Positions 12,641 through 25,345 of a DNA stretch of 64,000 nt are shown one piece after another. The notes under the pieces were generated by a model. That model saw nothing but the letters and a program-made list of their open reading frames with translations, did no database searches and was not told the origin of the DNA. Source of the DNA: Malacoraja senta. Its lineage: Eukaryota. The position numbers and the translations under genes were made by a program. The stretch covers positions 186,001 to 250,000 of the forward strand of contig JAXLNO010000575.1 of assembly GCA_038087875.1 (NCBI GenBank), in the 5' to 3' direction. Within the stretch, counting starts at the first letter, position 1, and the number at the start of each line of letters is the position of its first letter.

Positions 12641-13496
12641 GATGCTGGCTCCAACGGGATCCCACCACAAGCCACATCTTCCCATCTCCACCCCTTTCTG
12701 CTTTCTGCAGAGACCGTTCACTCAGGAAATTCCCTGGTTAAGCCGTCCCTTCCCACCCAAACCACCCCATCCACCAGGTACTTTCCCCTGCAACCGCAGG
12801 AGATGCAACACCTGTCCCTTTACCTCCCCCCTCCACTATGTCCAAGGTCCCCGACAGTCTTTTCAGGTGAGGCAGAGGTTCACTTGCACCTCCTCCAACC
12901 TCATCTACTGTATCCGCTGTTCCAGGTGTGGACTCCTGTATATCAGCGAGACCAAGCGCAGGCTCGGCGATCGTTTCGCTGAACACCTCCGCTCAGTCCG
13001 CCTAAACCTACCCGATCTCCCGGTTGCTCAACACTTTAACTCCCCCTCCCATTCCCACACTGACCTTTCTGTCCTGGGCCACCTCCACTGTCAGAGTGAG
13101 GCCCAGTGCAAATTGGAGGAACAGCACCTCCTATTTTGCTTGGGCAGTTAACACCCCAGCGGCATGAACATTGACTTCTCTAACTTCAAGTAACTCTTGC
13201 TTTCCCTCTCTCTCCATCCCTCCCCCACCCTAGTTCTCCCACCAGTCTGACTGTCCTCCTGATTAAATTGTTTATCTCTGTTGGCTTTGTTGTCAACTTT
13301 TCCTAGCTAACAATGATCTATTCTACATTTCCCTTGAGCTCCTTCCCCTTTGATGTCTCGTTTTCACACCCTAACTTTCCTTTTCTCTGTACCTCCCTCT
13401 CCCCTAACTCTCAGTCTGAAGATGGGTCTCAACCCAAAACGTCACCCATTCCTTCTCTCCAGAGATGCTGCCTGTCCCGCTGAGTTACTCCAGCAT
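12641..13496 (+). mobile_element. Penelope-like element 3' part, mirror copy
   Basis: Identical GIY-YIG translation (12642-13151) in the right arm of the inversion. Confidence 0.85.
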
Positions 13497-14482
13497 ACGA
13501 AGTTTAGACATTTAGGGACTGTTGCTGTTGTTCTTGTTGCTGTTGGACAAGAGGTTGGTGAGGCCGTATTTGGAGTATTGTGCTCAGTTCAGGTCACCCT
13601 ACTGTACGAAGGATATCTTTAAACTGGAAGGAATAAAGTGTGAAGTTTGCCCTGTGACCACATGGGGTTTCCTCCCACATCCCAAAGACGTGCTGGTTTG
13701 TAGGTTAATTGGCCCTCTGTAAATTGTCCCTAGTATGTGGGGAGTGGAAGAGAAAGTGGGATAACATGGAGCAAGTGTGAAAAAGCATGGAATTGGTGGC
13801 CTGAAGGGCCTGTTTCCATGTTGCATCAATCAATCAAGGAGTTATACAGTGTGGCAGGAGGCCCTTCAGCCCAACTTGCTCATGGTGACCAACACACCCC
13901 ATTTACAAGAATCCCACTGGTCTGCATCCTTCTAAACCTGTCCTATCTGTGAACCTGTGCAACAGCCTTTTAAACAGAGCAATGGCAGTGTCTCAACTAC
14001 CTCCTCTGGCAGCTCATGCGTACGCCCACCACCCACTGAGTAAAGAAAAAGTTGCCTGTTAAATCATTTCCCTCTCACCTTCAATAAACCAATCACTCGA
14101 CCAATCAATCAATCTCACTAAATCAATAGCAGCTGGATTATTAGTAATGGTAACCTCAAAACTAATGTCAAGTGGAGTTTATTATAAGATGCACTAGTGT
14201 GGTGATATACAGGTACAATGAACATCTTGTTAGTAGCAGTAGCAGTAGCAGTGGCGCATAGACAACACACAGAAACATCAACTATGGATGAATTTCACAG
14301 ACTTGATTCAAGGAATGAAACAGAAAATCTATGAAACATCGATCAGGTGAGTTCTACCCTCGGTGGAGTGGGGAAGATTGTACATGTCTGTGTAGAAGAT
14401 GTAGACGAAGGGTCCCGACCAGAAACGTTACCCATCCATGTTCTCCACAGATGCTGCCTGACCTGCTGAGTTACTCCAGCAC

Positions 14483-14682
14483 NNNNNNNNNNNNNNNNNN
14501 NNNNNNNNNNNNNNNNNNNNNNNNNNNNNNNNNNNNNNNNNNNNNNNNNNNNNNNNNNNNNNNNNNNNNNNNNNNNNNNNNNNNNNNNNNNNNNNNNNNN
14601 NNNNNNNNNNNNNNNNNNNNNNNNNNNNNNNNNNNNNNNNNNNNNNNNNNNNNNNNNNNNNNNNNNNNNNNNNNNNNNNNNN
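14483..14682. other. Assembly gap (200 N)
   Basis: Run of N. Confidence 1.
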
Positions 14683-15009
14683 CAGTCCTCGCAACCACTG
14701 ACGAGGGTTCGACCGTAAGTGTCTGACCATCAGCTGACGCCACACTATTGCGTAAATGTTCTATTGTGTAACGGTCAAGAGAGATTTGCAGGAGACCAGG
14801 TTAAAAGTGGAGGTGCAAAGTGAGTTTATTAAGTTTCCATTGAACCTGGAGAAACAACAGAGGTACAATGCGGTGATATGACCGCCGGGTAGAACAACCA
14901 TTGTCCAGCAGAAGGAAGACAAAAATGCTGCAGAAACCCAGCGGGTGAGGCAGCATCTGTGGAGGTGACGGGGGGGGGGGGCACGAAGAAGAAGAAAGGA
15001 AGAGGCACT

Positions 15010-15410
15010 TCCTCCCGGTGGCTCAGCACTTCAACTCCCCCTCCTATTCCGAATCCGACCTTTCTGTCCTGGGCCTCCTCCATGGCCAGAGTGAGTCCCA
15101 CCGCAAATTGGAGGAGCAGCACCTCATATTTCGCTTGGGTAGTTTACACCCCAGCGGTATGAACATTGACTTCTCCAATTTCAGGTAGTCCTTGCTTTCT
15201 CCATCCTTCCCCTCCCCTTCCCAGCTCTCCCACAGCCTAGTGTCTCCGCCTCTTCCTTTCTTTCCCCCCCCCCCCCCACATCAGTCTGAAGAAGGGTCTC
15301 GACACGAAACGTCGCCTATTCCTTTGCTCCATAGATGCTGCCTCACCCGCTGAGTTTCTCCAGCATTTTTGTCTACCTTCGATTGTTCCAGCATCTGCAG
15401 TTCTTTCTTA
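15010..15410 (+). mobile_element. Penelope-like 3' fragment with terminal repeat
   Basis: PVAQHFNSP...EEQHLIFRLGSLHPSGMNIDF followed by ctgaagaagggtctcgacacgaaacgtc. Confidence 0.8.
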
Positions 15411-15485
15411 AACAATACTTCTAGTGTGGCCTCAATGTCTTATTCAATTTGGATTTGTTTAGGGTAGGATCAGTGTAAATGGATG

Positions 15486-18400
15486 TTTTTTTGTTGTTTT
15501 TAAAAAAAATTATTAGAAGCAATGTACATACATCTTAATCATAATATGCAACATATTACATTTCTTGTACAACTTCTTTTTTTTCCTTTTTTGTAAATTT
15601 TAACCTATAATAGAAAAGGAGAAAAGAAAAAAGAGAAAGCAGGAAAGAGTGAGGATAGTAGTGAAGTGTAGTCCGCAATAATTGGCATTAAGTGAATGAT
15701 AATGGTTAAGTAGTCTGCGTGCTAGAAAATGTGAAAAGAAAAGAAGAAGAAAACATAGGGAGCCCTTAAGAAAAGAAGAAAAAAAAATAAGTAAGGAATC
15801 TAAAAAAGGTACGGCTAAAAGGTCTGTCTCACTGTGCGAGTTGACCCACGAGTGACCCCGAGTGAAAGACTCGTGGTTGCGTACGATACTACAAGTTTAT
15901 GATCCAGAGTTTAACCGAGTTCCCACGGGTATGTCTAAGTTTCCCGTTTACTTCTCATTTCTGCGATGTTCCAAGTTCGTCTCCCGAGTGTACCAAGTTC
16001 CTCTCCCGTTAATCTTGAGGCAACAATGTATATCGAACTGTTGAAAAATCATCACATGTTTAAAAAAAATGATGTCATGCCAGCCAAAGAACGTAGAGAC
16101 TATTGTGTTTGCTGCATGTGTTCTGCACAACCTGATCTGTATCAGAGGTGCAGCTTCAGGATCAGCAACAGCCATGCAGGACGGTGACTTAGTGGACAGT
16201 CAAACAGGGAGAATAACACTAGGTGCGTGGAGGAGTGGTACAAACGACGAGACTTTGGTGCCACTGCAGTGTTTTCGATGTACGGGGACCAACAGTGCAA
16301 AAGAGCAGAGAGACCATCTCTGCTCCTACTATAATTCAGAATTGGGCAGTGTGCCGTGGCAGGACAGCTTATTTTGAGCGGCTGCCAACCACAGGTACAT
16401 CACTGCATGAGGAGAGCCCACATGCAGAAAAATCCAGTTAATTTCATGTTTAGTTTAAATCCTGCTGACTTTTCATTGTTTAACTTTAAGTGTGGATTTT
16501 ATTTTTTATTGTGGTGTAAAAGTAATTTCATTGCATCTGTCTTTCCTTTAAAACGTGGTTATCATGCATCTGCTTATCTGATTGTAGATCTCAAAACTTG
16601 TCATTTAGCGCATTGCATTGTATCTTTTATTGCCTGAATTTAGACTAGTGCATTTCTCAGCTGAATTAGTATATAGTGGAAATACTTTTATTTGTGCTTC
16701 ATTTGTTGATTTTCATGTATGAGAAGCCCTTTTCAGACAGTGGTGTTTGCTGTAGTGCTACTTTTCTCAATATGCGCAAAAACGCGTTTTTTATATTGAA
16801 CAAGAATAAAGACTTTGTTTCACATTCAAGACATTTGTTTCACATAAGACTTTGTCTTATTTTCTGATCTACTGAGAGGTGACAATTTTAAACATTTAAA
16901 AAGCACAGCATATGAGGCAGCTGAGTCCTTAAATCTCACAAATGATTGTGAGAATCAAGATGTTAATATATTTTGCCTTCCTCTATTTTGTGTTTTATGA
17001 TGAAAGGAATATTACATTCAAGTCATGAGACTTTGTAGTGATATTAAAATGAAGACTTCCAGACATCAATTTGATCTTGATAGCAAAGAACTCTCTTTTA
17101 TTGTGCAATGAAGTAAACAAACAGTGAGAATCAAACGGATCAGCAAAAAGCTTTTTAACACAACACAACACAACACAAATTTATATATAAACTTCAAGCA
17201 ATGTTTTCTTTTCAACCCACTCTGTCACCTTATCAATAACTTGCTTAACTTTGTTAAGCAGAATTTGTCTTTAAAAAGTCTAAGTAACTGATATTTCTGT
17301 CCCTGATTATTGTTTCTAAAAAGAGTTCCCACGGTAGAATCACGAGTCACAAAGTTAAACGCACGGGCCACTACGTTCTTCAAACGAGTTTAAAATGTTT
17401 CAAATTTTAACCACAAGAGTACATTTTACTCGTGGAAAAGTTCAAACATGTTTGAACTTTTGCAAGAGTTAACAAGTTTCACGTGTACCTCCCGTTAGCA
17501 CCAAGAGTCGCTAAGTTGCGTCCACGAGTTCAGACGTTTCCGCTACGTTAATTGTACGTGATTACCACGAGTTAAATTTGTTTTAAACTCGGGGTCACTC
17601 GTGGGTCAACTCGCACAGTGAGACAGCCCTATAAGCAAGAAGGAAAGGGAATGTGTCTAATTCCTGACTGTTCACACCCATCACCTAGTTCTAAAAGAAT
17701 TATTTTCCAGGGTTGTGTTGCACCATATTACACCCGTAACAAATCAATGAAAGGTGACCATATTCTTCAGAATTGCTCTTGTTTTCCTGCTAGAACAAGT
17801 CTCATTTCCTCAAGATGTAGTATTTCCGACATATTTGTAATCCACATTTTAAACGTTAGGATAGGAGCGTCTTTCCAGAATTTAAGTATAAGTTTTTTTG
17901 CCGTTATCAAACCGTAGTTTAATAAACATCTTTGAAATGTAGTGAGTTCGGAACAGGCTTTCATTGTTCCGAAAATAATCAATTCTGTATTTGGGTCCAG
18001 TCTTAATTTAAATATTTTTGAAAAACTTTCTAAAATTTCCTTCCAAAATTTCTGAAGTTTTGCACAGGAGACAAATGAATGTGCTATTGTTGCCTCTTTA
18101 GTTAGGCACTTATCACAGATGGGAGAGACATTTGGAAACATTTTATTTAATTTTGTTTTTGAGTTATATAATCTGTGTACAATTTTAAATTGGATCAATA
18201 TGTGTCTAACGTTGATCGAACATTTATGTATATATAACAAACAGTCTTCCCATCTGTCCTTGGAGATTTCTATAGACAATTCTTGTTCCCATTCTTTCCT
18301 TATACCTTCTGTCGAAGGTATGTCTATATTTAAAATAGTATTATAAAAATACGATGTTAAGTGATCCAATTCTGCCTGTCTATTCATGCATTGTTCTAAA

Positions 18401-21400
18401 GGGTCCAACTTCAAATTTTGATAATCTTTTGAATGTTTTTTCAAATAATCTCGAGTTTGTAAATATCTAAAATATTGGTTACTTTCTATGTTGTATTTAA
18501 GCTGTAAATCTTGGAATGGTAAAAAATTTCCCGCTTCATACAAATCTTCCCAAGTCTTAATTCCTAATCGTTCCCAGAGAATAAATGTTTTGTCAATAGT
18601 CGATGGCTTAAACGTGGGGTTGTTAGCTATCGGTGAAAGAAGCGAAAGATTTCTTAGTTTAAGAGAGGATTTTATTTGTCTCCAAATTCGAATTGTGCTG
18701 TGAATCATCGGGTATCTATTATATATTGTATTTTTCAGTTTTATTGGTGAGAAAAGGATCGCTCCTATATTAAAAGGAGTGCAATCCTCCTTCTCCATTG
18801 TTGTCCATTCTAACTGTTGTGTTGAACTGTCTAACCAATACATTATATTTTTAATGTTCACTGCCCAATGGTAGTACATAAAGTTGGGAAGTGTAAGTCC
18901 ACCGTATTCTTTGGGTTTACATAAATGTCTTCTTTGAATTCTATGGGATTTATTGTCCCATATGAAATTTGAAATGTATGAGTCAATTTTTAAAAATAAG
19001 TTTTTAGGTATGTATGTAGGTATTGATTGGAATAAATATAGTATTTGTGGAAGAAAAATCATTTTAATGGCATTAATTCTGCCTATTAATGACATCGGTA
19101 GGGTTTTCCAAAATTGGATCGACGTTTATATTTTAGTAAATAAGGGCAAGTAGTTTGCGTTAAATAGTGATTTATGTTTTCTAGTGATTTGAATACCCAA
19201 ATATTTAAATCTTTCTGTAGTAATTCTAAAGGGGTATTTTAAAAGATGTGTTGACTCTTGAGGTTTTATCATCATTATTTCGCTTTTATTCCAATTTATT
19301 CTGTATCCTGAAAAGGAACCAAATTCTTCTATTAAATTTAATAAATTTGGTATACCAATGTGTGATTTTGTAATGTATAGTAATACATCGTCTGCATATA
19401 ATGATATTTTATTATTAGAGTTTTTAGTGTTATAACCATGAATATTAGGGTGCATTCTTATGTTTTCTGCTAAGGGCTCTATCGCCAGGGCAAATAGAAG
19501 TGGTGATAAAACACATCCCTGTCTATTGCCCCTGGATAGTTGAAATTTCGGGGATAGTATATTATTAGTCAGTATTCTAGCCGTGATCTTATCATATAGT
19601 AATTTTATCCATAGGATAAAATTATCACCCATTTGAAATTTTTGTAATACTTTAAAAGGTATACCCATTCCACCTGATCAAATGCTTTTTCTGCATCCAA
19701 TGAAATAATTGATAAGTCTTCCTCTTCTATCTTATATGAATACATTATGTTAAAGAGACGTCTCAAATTATTAAACGAATGTCTCTTCGGTATAAACCCC
19801 ATTTGATCCGGGTTTATTAATTTACTAATATATTTACTTAGTCTTCTTGCTAAGGTTTTAGCTAATATTTTCTGATCTGTATTTAATAATGCAATGGCTC
19901 TGTATGACCCAGGGTGTTCTAAGTCTTTATCCTTTTTAGGTATTAGTGTTATAGTCGATTCCAGCAATGTTTCTGATAATTTCTGTTCTTTGAATGCATA
20001 TATGTAAAGTTTCTGTAGACTTGGAGAAATTGTTTCATAAATTTTTTTATAGAATTCATTACTAAATCCATCCGGTCCTGGTGTTTTACCGTTCTTCAAA
20101 GACTTTATTGACTTCTATTTCATTAATTGTGATTTGAGCTCCTAATTCTTCCTGTTCCATCACATTAAGTTTTGGGAGATTATATTTTTCCAAAATGTTT
20201 GTGATTTTGACATTATCTGTTGATACTTTTGATGTATATAAATTTTGATAGAATTGAGCAAATCTTTTGTTAATATCTTTGGGTAGTGTTATCAATTCCC
20301 CTTTATCTGACCTAATTTTAGAAATCGTATGTTCCTTTTCCCGTTTTTTCATTTGTCGTGCCAAGAGTTTATGTGGCTTGTCGCCAAATTCAAAATTTGG
20401 AATTTGGAATAGTCTAATAATTCTTTCAGATAAGATTCTATTTAATTTAAATTTCAATATTAATATCTTATTATGTTTATCCCTAGTTGGGTCTTTGGCA
20501 TTATCTAAGTCCAATTGTCTTATTTTTTCTTCTAAATTCAGTTGTTCCATTTTATTTTTTTTATTTTGAAATGCTTGATATGAAATTATCGATCCTCTGA
20601 TAAATGCCTTAAACGATTCCCATAATAATGAGGGTGATATACCTGGTATATCATTGGTCTAAAAAAAAAATTCCATCTGTTCTCTTAGATATGCACAACC
20701 CTGTGGGTTGCTTACAATTTGGGGATTAAATCTCCAGAACGAATTTTTATTGGTCATTCCTTCTATTATTAAGAAAAAAGTTAACGGCGCATGATCTGAA
20801 ATTATACTACTATGGTATTTTGCATTTGATGTAAATGGAATTAATTTCGTATCTACTAAAAAGTAATCAATTCGTGAGTAGGTTTTATGTACCATTGAGT
20901 AGAAAGAATATTCCCGTCCGGCTGGATTTGCAATCCTCCATACATCTGTTATATTTGTATCTTTTATGTATGTATTTAAGAGTTCACTAGATTTAGATTT
21001 AATGTTTAATCTTTTTTGTTGTGTTGATTTATCCAAATAATTGTCAAGAACGCAATTGAAATCTCCTCCAAATATTACATTTTGATAATTAAGCTCTAAG
21101 ATTAAGTTCAAAATGTTATTAAAGAATTGAGGATTATCAAAATTTGGCGCATAAATATTGACTAAGGTAACTGTGGTCGAGTTTATCTCTCCCCTTAACT
21201 ATGACATACCTCCCATCTTTGTCTATTATTTTATTCTTTAGTTTAAATGGTATTCCTTTTCGAATTATGATTGCTGTACCTCTAGATTTAGTACTATATG
21301 AGGATTGGTATGTCTGACCGGTCCAATTAGCCCTCAGCCTTGTCTGCGCTTGTAATTTCAGGTGTGTTTCCTGTAAAAAAATTATGTCGGCCTTGAATGA

Positions 21401-21763
21401 CTTTAATTGTGCCAAGATCTTACCCCTTTTGATTGGGTCATTCATACCCCTTACGTTCCAGCTGCAAAACGTAATTCCACCTATTTTATTTTGTGTGGTG
21501 TCTTGCATTTTCAATTAATTTAATACATTTATGCCATATGGTGCAACACAATACCTTGATCTTCCAGGTGCGGAGTGTATACTTATCTCTTCTTGGCATT
21601 CTCGGCACATCCCTTTAAAGAAAATCCTTAACAAAAAAATCAAAAAAGTAAAAAGTGATTAAAAAATATAACAAGTGATATTGCAGTAAAGTGATAAAAA
21701 CACTGCACTGCTAATTGAAAAAAATAGTGACATTGTAGAAGACCCACCAAAAGGTGGTAAAAA
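15486..21763 (-). mobile_element. L1-clade LINE (complete but frameshifted ORF2 17767-21514, ORF1 missing), interrupted by a Harbinger element
   Basis: APE domain (SWNVRG, FLQETH, GGDFN, YSRIDYF, SDH), RT (TPGPDGF, SLDAEKAFD, RQGC.LSP, LYADD) and C-terminal CCHC. 12-bp TSD tgtaaatggatg at 15474-15485 and 21764-21775; A-rich tail. Confidence 0.93.
15819..17631 (+). mobile_element. PIF/Harbinger DNA transposon, internally deleted
   Basis: ~45-bp TIRs (ctgtctcactgtgcgagttgacccacgagtgaccccgagt), TAA TSD at 15816-15818 and 17632-17634, and a transposase C-terminus IVFAACVLHNL...QRDHLCSYYNS.LGSVPWQ (~16080-16377). Confidence 0.92.
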
Positions 21764-21963
21764 TGTAAATGGATGGTTGATGGTCAGCATGGACATGATG
21801 GGCCGAAGGGCCTGTTTCCCTCTATATCTCTCTATCGTTCCATCTAAGATTGGTTGACTACATTCTTCATCTTGTTCTTGTCTCCACTGATGTTCTTTCA
21901 GCTGTTTGGACATTCCAGTGGTTAGATGTGTGTGTACGTTCCTTCATGTTCCTTCCCAGCCAG

Positions 21964-23067
21964 TTACTTACTGGCCCGGACGTTTCCATCGTGGTCCATG
22001 TAGATGGCGGTGGAGATGAGGCCAGATTCAGAGATGGACGACATGGACCTCCTGTACTTGGAGATGATCGCTCGCCTCATGATTCCAGATTTAGCCAAGA
22101 TCTTCACCAGGTTCTTCCTGAACTTCACCCCGATGAATGCGTAGAGGAATGGGTTGATGCAGCTGTGCGTGAAGCCCAGGGTTTGGGATGCGGACAGAGC
22201 CCTGTCCACATGGTCGCGTCTGGCACAAGAATCTTCGATGAGTTTGCTCCTCATCAGCGTGTCGACCAGCACCGTGACGTTGTGCGGCAGCCAGCACGCC
22301 AGGAAGGCCAGCACCACGGCGATGATGACCTTCATGGCTTTCTGCTTCTGGAAGCCCTTGGTCTGGCACAGTTTCCACACGGTGACGGTGTAGCAGAAGA
22401 CCATGGTGGCCAGCGGCATGAGGAAGCCCATCACGTGCCGCAGGAACCTGGTGGCGGTTCTCCAGATATCGGCCGATTGTCCGTCGAGGATCTCGTAGCA
22501 TCTGGTCCTGCCGTCGTGGATCAACTCACCCTTGTAGAGGACAGGCAAGGACAGGAGCAGGGCCACGAGCCAGACGGCGGCACACACCAGTTCGACCATC
22601 CACGGCCTCCTGTGGCCGTGCGACTGGGCAGAGCGGACAATGGCCAGGTAGCGGTCCACGCTGATGCAGGCCAGCAGCAGGATGCCACTGTAAAAGTTCA
22701 CCTCCTGCAACATACTGATCACCTTACACATGGCGTCACCAAACACCCAGCCAGACACGGCGTCCACTGCCCAGAAGGGCAGGGTGAGGGCAAAGAGCAG
22801 GTCGGCCGTGGCCAGATGGAGCAGGTAGACGTCCGTGGACGAGATGGAGCGACGGTTGTGAAGGATGACCACCAACACCAACAGGTTCCCCGTCACGGCC
22901 AAGAGACACACCAGGCTGTAGACCGCGGCATACATCACGTTGAGTGACTTCTTCACCAGGGGGATGCAGGGAGATACGTCAGGTCCGATATAGTACTCGT
23001 ACGAATAGTTTTCAAAGATATTGTCAAAGTCATGGTCTTCAAGTTTGAAGCTTTGACCCATCATTTC
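21964..23067 (-). CDS. CXC chemokine receptor 1/2-like (IL-8 receptor family) 7TM GPCR, main coding exon
   Basis: Intact 366-aa ORF (21964-23064) with an acidic/Tyr-rich N-terminus and the motifs TLPFWA, DRYLAIV, QKQKAMKVIIAVVLAFLACWLP and HSCINPFLYAFIGVKFR, plus a Ser-rich tail. A splice acceptor tttcctacag|GAAATG lies immediately upstream. CXCR1 versus CXCR2 cannot be resolved by eye. Confidence 0.95.
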   Translation of the reverse strand, partial: EMMGQSFKLEDHDFDNIFENYSYEYYIGPDVSPCIPLVKKSLNVMYAAVYSLVCLLAVTGNLLVLVVILHNRRSISSTDVYLLHLATADLLFALTLPFWAVDAVSGWVFGDAMCKVISMLQEVNFYSGILLLACISVDRYLAIVRSAQSHGHRRPWMVELVCAAVWLVALLLSLPVLYKGELIHDGRTRCYEILDGQSADIWRTATRFLRHVMGFLMPLATMVFCYTVTVWKLCQTKGFQKQKAMKVIIAVVLAFLACWLPHNVTVLVDTLMRSKLIEDSCARRDHVDRALSASQTLGFTHSCINPFLYAFIGVKFRKNLVKILAKSGIMRRAIISKYRRSMSSISESGLISTAIYMDHDGNVRASK

Positions 23068-23133
23068 CTGTAGGAAACACAGATTGGAGAAGGTGAAACG
23101 TCATAGCTGTAGCGTTATAAGTGTTTCATATTC

Positions 23134-23425
23134 TGCACGGTGGCGCAGCGGGTAGAGCTGCGGCCTCACAGCGCCAGAGACCCGGGTTCGATCCCGACTA
23201 CGGGTGCTGTCTGTACGGAGTTTGTACGTTCACCCTCCCCCCCCCCTCCCCCCGTGACCTGTGGGGGTTTTCTCCGGGATCTTCGGTTTCCTTCCACACT
23301 CCTAAGACGTATGTTCATATTTGTAGGTTAATATACCTGGTAAAATCGTAAATTGTCCCAAATGTGTGTGTGTTAGTGTGTTAGTGTGTGGGGTAATCGC
23401 TGGTTGGTGTGGACTCGGTGGGCCA
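23134..23425 (+). mobile_element. HE1-like V-SINE in the receptor intron
   Basis: cacggtggcgcagcgggtagag A box, gggttcgatccc B box, V-domain. Confidence 0.85.
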
Positions 23426-23552
23426 TACACACAGCACCCATGGTCTGGATCGAACCCGGGTGTCTGTACTAACACTATCCCGCACACACTAGGGACAATT
23501 TACGATTTTACCAAGTATTATTAACCTACAAACGAATGAATGAATGAATAGT

Positions 23553-24382
23553 GATTAGAGATTAGAGATTCCTTTATTTGTCATTCAGACCTTTCGGTCT
23601 GAACGAAATTTCGTTGCCTGCAGTCATACATATAATAATAAATAACAAAACACACAATAAACACAAATTAACATCCACCACAGTGAGTTCACCAGGCACT
23701 TCCTCACTGTGATGGAGGCAAAAGTCTTAAAGTCTCTGTCTCTTCCCGCTTTGTTCTTCCTCTGCGCTGAGGTGATCCAGGCTTCTGATGTTGTGACCCC
23801 GCCGGGTGATGGTAAGTCAATCCCGCGGCTGAATCCGTGCTCCGTGACGGGCCGGTTCAAACTCCGCGGCCCGGGGTGGCCGAAGCTGCCGAAGCTGCCG
23901 CCCTCCAGTCCAGCGGACGCAGCTGTAGTTGCGGGAGCTCCAGAAAAACAGGTCACCCACCTGTGACCTGCGAGCTCCAGATGATGTCGTCCACCGGGCC
24001 CGCGGCCGAGCCTCCGGATTCAGGTCGCCACCAGTGTCCTCGGTCGCCACCGCCGGAACGCCACCGCAGCCCCGAAGCAAGCCAGCCCCGCGCTGGTAAG
24101 TCCTGGCTCTGCCTCCGGAGCCTCGAGGTCGGTCGCTCGCAGTTGGAGTTGGAGGCTGGCAGCTCCGCCATTAGGCCTCGGCGCAGACGGAGGCAGAGAA
24201 GGGGGATACGACAAGAAAAAGTCGCATTCCCCCGAAGGAAGAGACAAAAATCATGTTTCACCCCCCCACCCCACACATACACAACCCAATAAACTAAAAT
24301 GTAACTAAAACAGGACAAAAGAAAACAACAACAAACAGACGGACTGCAGGCGAGCCGCTGCTGTTCGACAGCGCCGCCACTT
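23553..24382 (-). mobile_element. Non-autonomous GC-rich retroelement with a LINE-like 3' hairpin and (TCTAA)n-type tail
   Basis: Homologous along its length to 47994-49430. The 3' end reads aatttcgttcagaccgaaaggtctgaatgacaaataaagg; there is no credible ORF. Confidence 0.7.
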
Positions 24383-24949
24383 ATCACATTGAATGGCGAA
24401 GTTTATTGGCCAAGTATTCATATACAAGGAATTTGCCTTGGTGCTCCGCCCTCAAGTGACAACATGACACACAGTGACAGTTAGGAATGACACATAAAAC
24501 ATTAAACATTAATAATTAAACATTATTGATGTACGTCTTTGGAGTGTGGGAGGAAACCGAAGATCTCGGAGAAAACCCACGCAGGTCACGGGGAGAAGGT
24601 ACAAACTCCGTACAGACAGCACCCGTAGTCGGGATCAAACCTGGGTGTCTGGCGCTGTAAGTCAGCAACTCGTGGAGGTGGAGGTTGTTGAGGCAGGTTC
24701 TATAACAACCTTTAAAAGGCACTTGGACAGGTCCATGTATCAGAAAGGTTTCGAGGGATATGGGCCAAAGATAAGCAAATGGAACTAGAACTAGCCTAGA
24801 TGGTTCTTGATTATCTTGGTCAGCATGGATGTATAGGGCTGAAGGGCCTGATTCAAAGCCGTATAACTATGAATCTGTAAGAAATAATTATCTGGTGAAA
24901 TGGTGGCCAAGACTATGCTTGGTCTCGCTGATGTACAGACAATAGATCA

Positions 24950-25345
24950 TAGACAATAGGTGCAGGAGTAGGCCATTCGGCCCTTCGAGCCAGCACCGCC
25001 ATTCAATGTGATCATGGCTGATCATCCACAATCAGTACCCCGTTCCTGCCTTCTCCCCAAAACCCCTGACCGCTATCTTAAAGAGCCCTATCTAGCTCTC
25101 TCTTGAAAGTATCCAGAGAACCGGCCCCCACTGCCCTCTGAGGCAGAGAATTCCACAGACTCACAACTCTCTGTGTGAAAACGTGTTTCCTCATCTCCGT
25201 TCTAAATGGCTTAACCCTTATTCTTAAACTGCGGCTCCTGGTTCTGGACTCCCCTGACATCGGGATCATGTTTCCTGCCTCTAGCGTGTCCAAACCCTTA
25301 ATAATCTTATATGTTTCAATAAGATACCCTCTCATCCTTCGAAAT
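24950..25345 (-). mobile_element. CR1 3' fragment
   Basis: FRRMRGYLIETYKIIKGLD...RVVSLWNSLP. Confidence 0.85.

Larger units (their letters stand above)
1120..14482. repeat. Large inverted duplication. Left arm ~1120-1423 plus 5750-9085 (interrupted by HERO); right arm ~10956-14482 (runs into gap)
   Basis: Mirror ORFs with identical translations and coordinate sums of 20041 (6890-7399/12642-13151; 7435-7995/12046-12606; 8666-8923/11118-11375). Confidence 0.95.

Noticed and set aside
14697..14725. CTGACGA-gggttcgacc hammerhead-like start next to the gap
   Set aside because: The GAAA box is missing (reads GTAAG), and the sequence abuts an assembly gap.
21850..22947. 365-aa ORF antisense to the chemokine receptor
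   Set aside because: Shadow frame expected from GC-rich third codon positions; no recognisable motifs.
23134..23200. tRNA-like sequences here and at other SINE heads
   Set aside because: They continue into the V-domain and CR1 tail and lack a complete cloverleaf, so they are SINEs, not tRNA genes.
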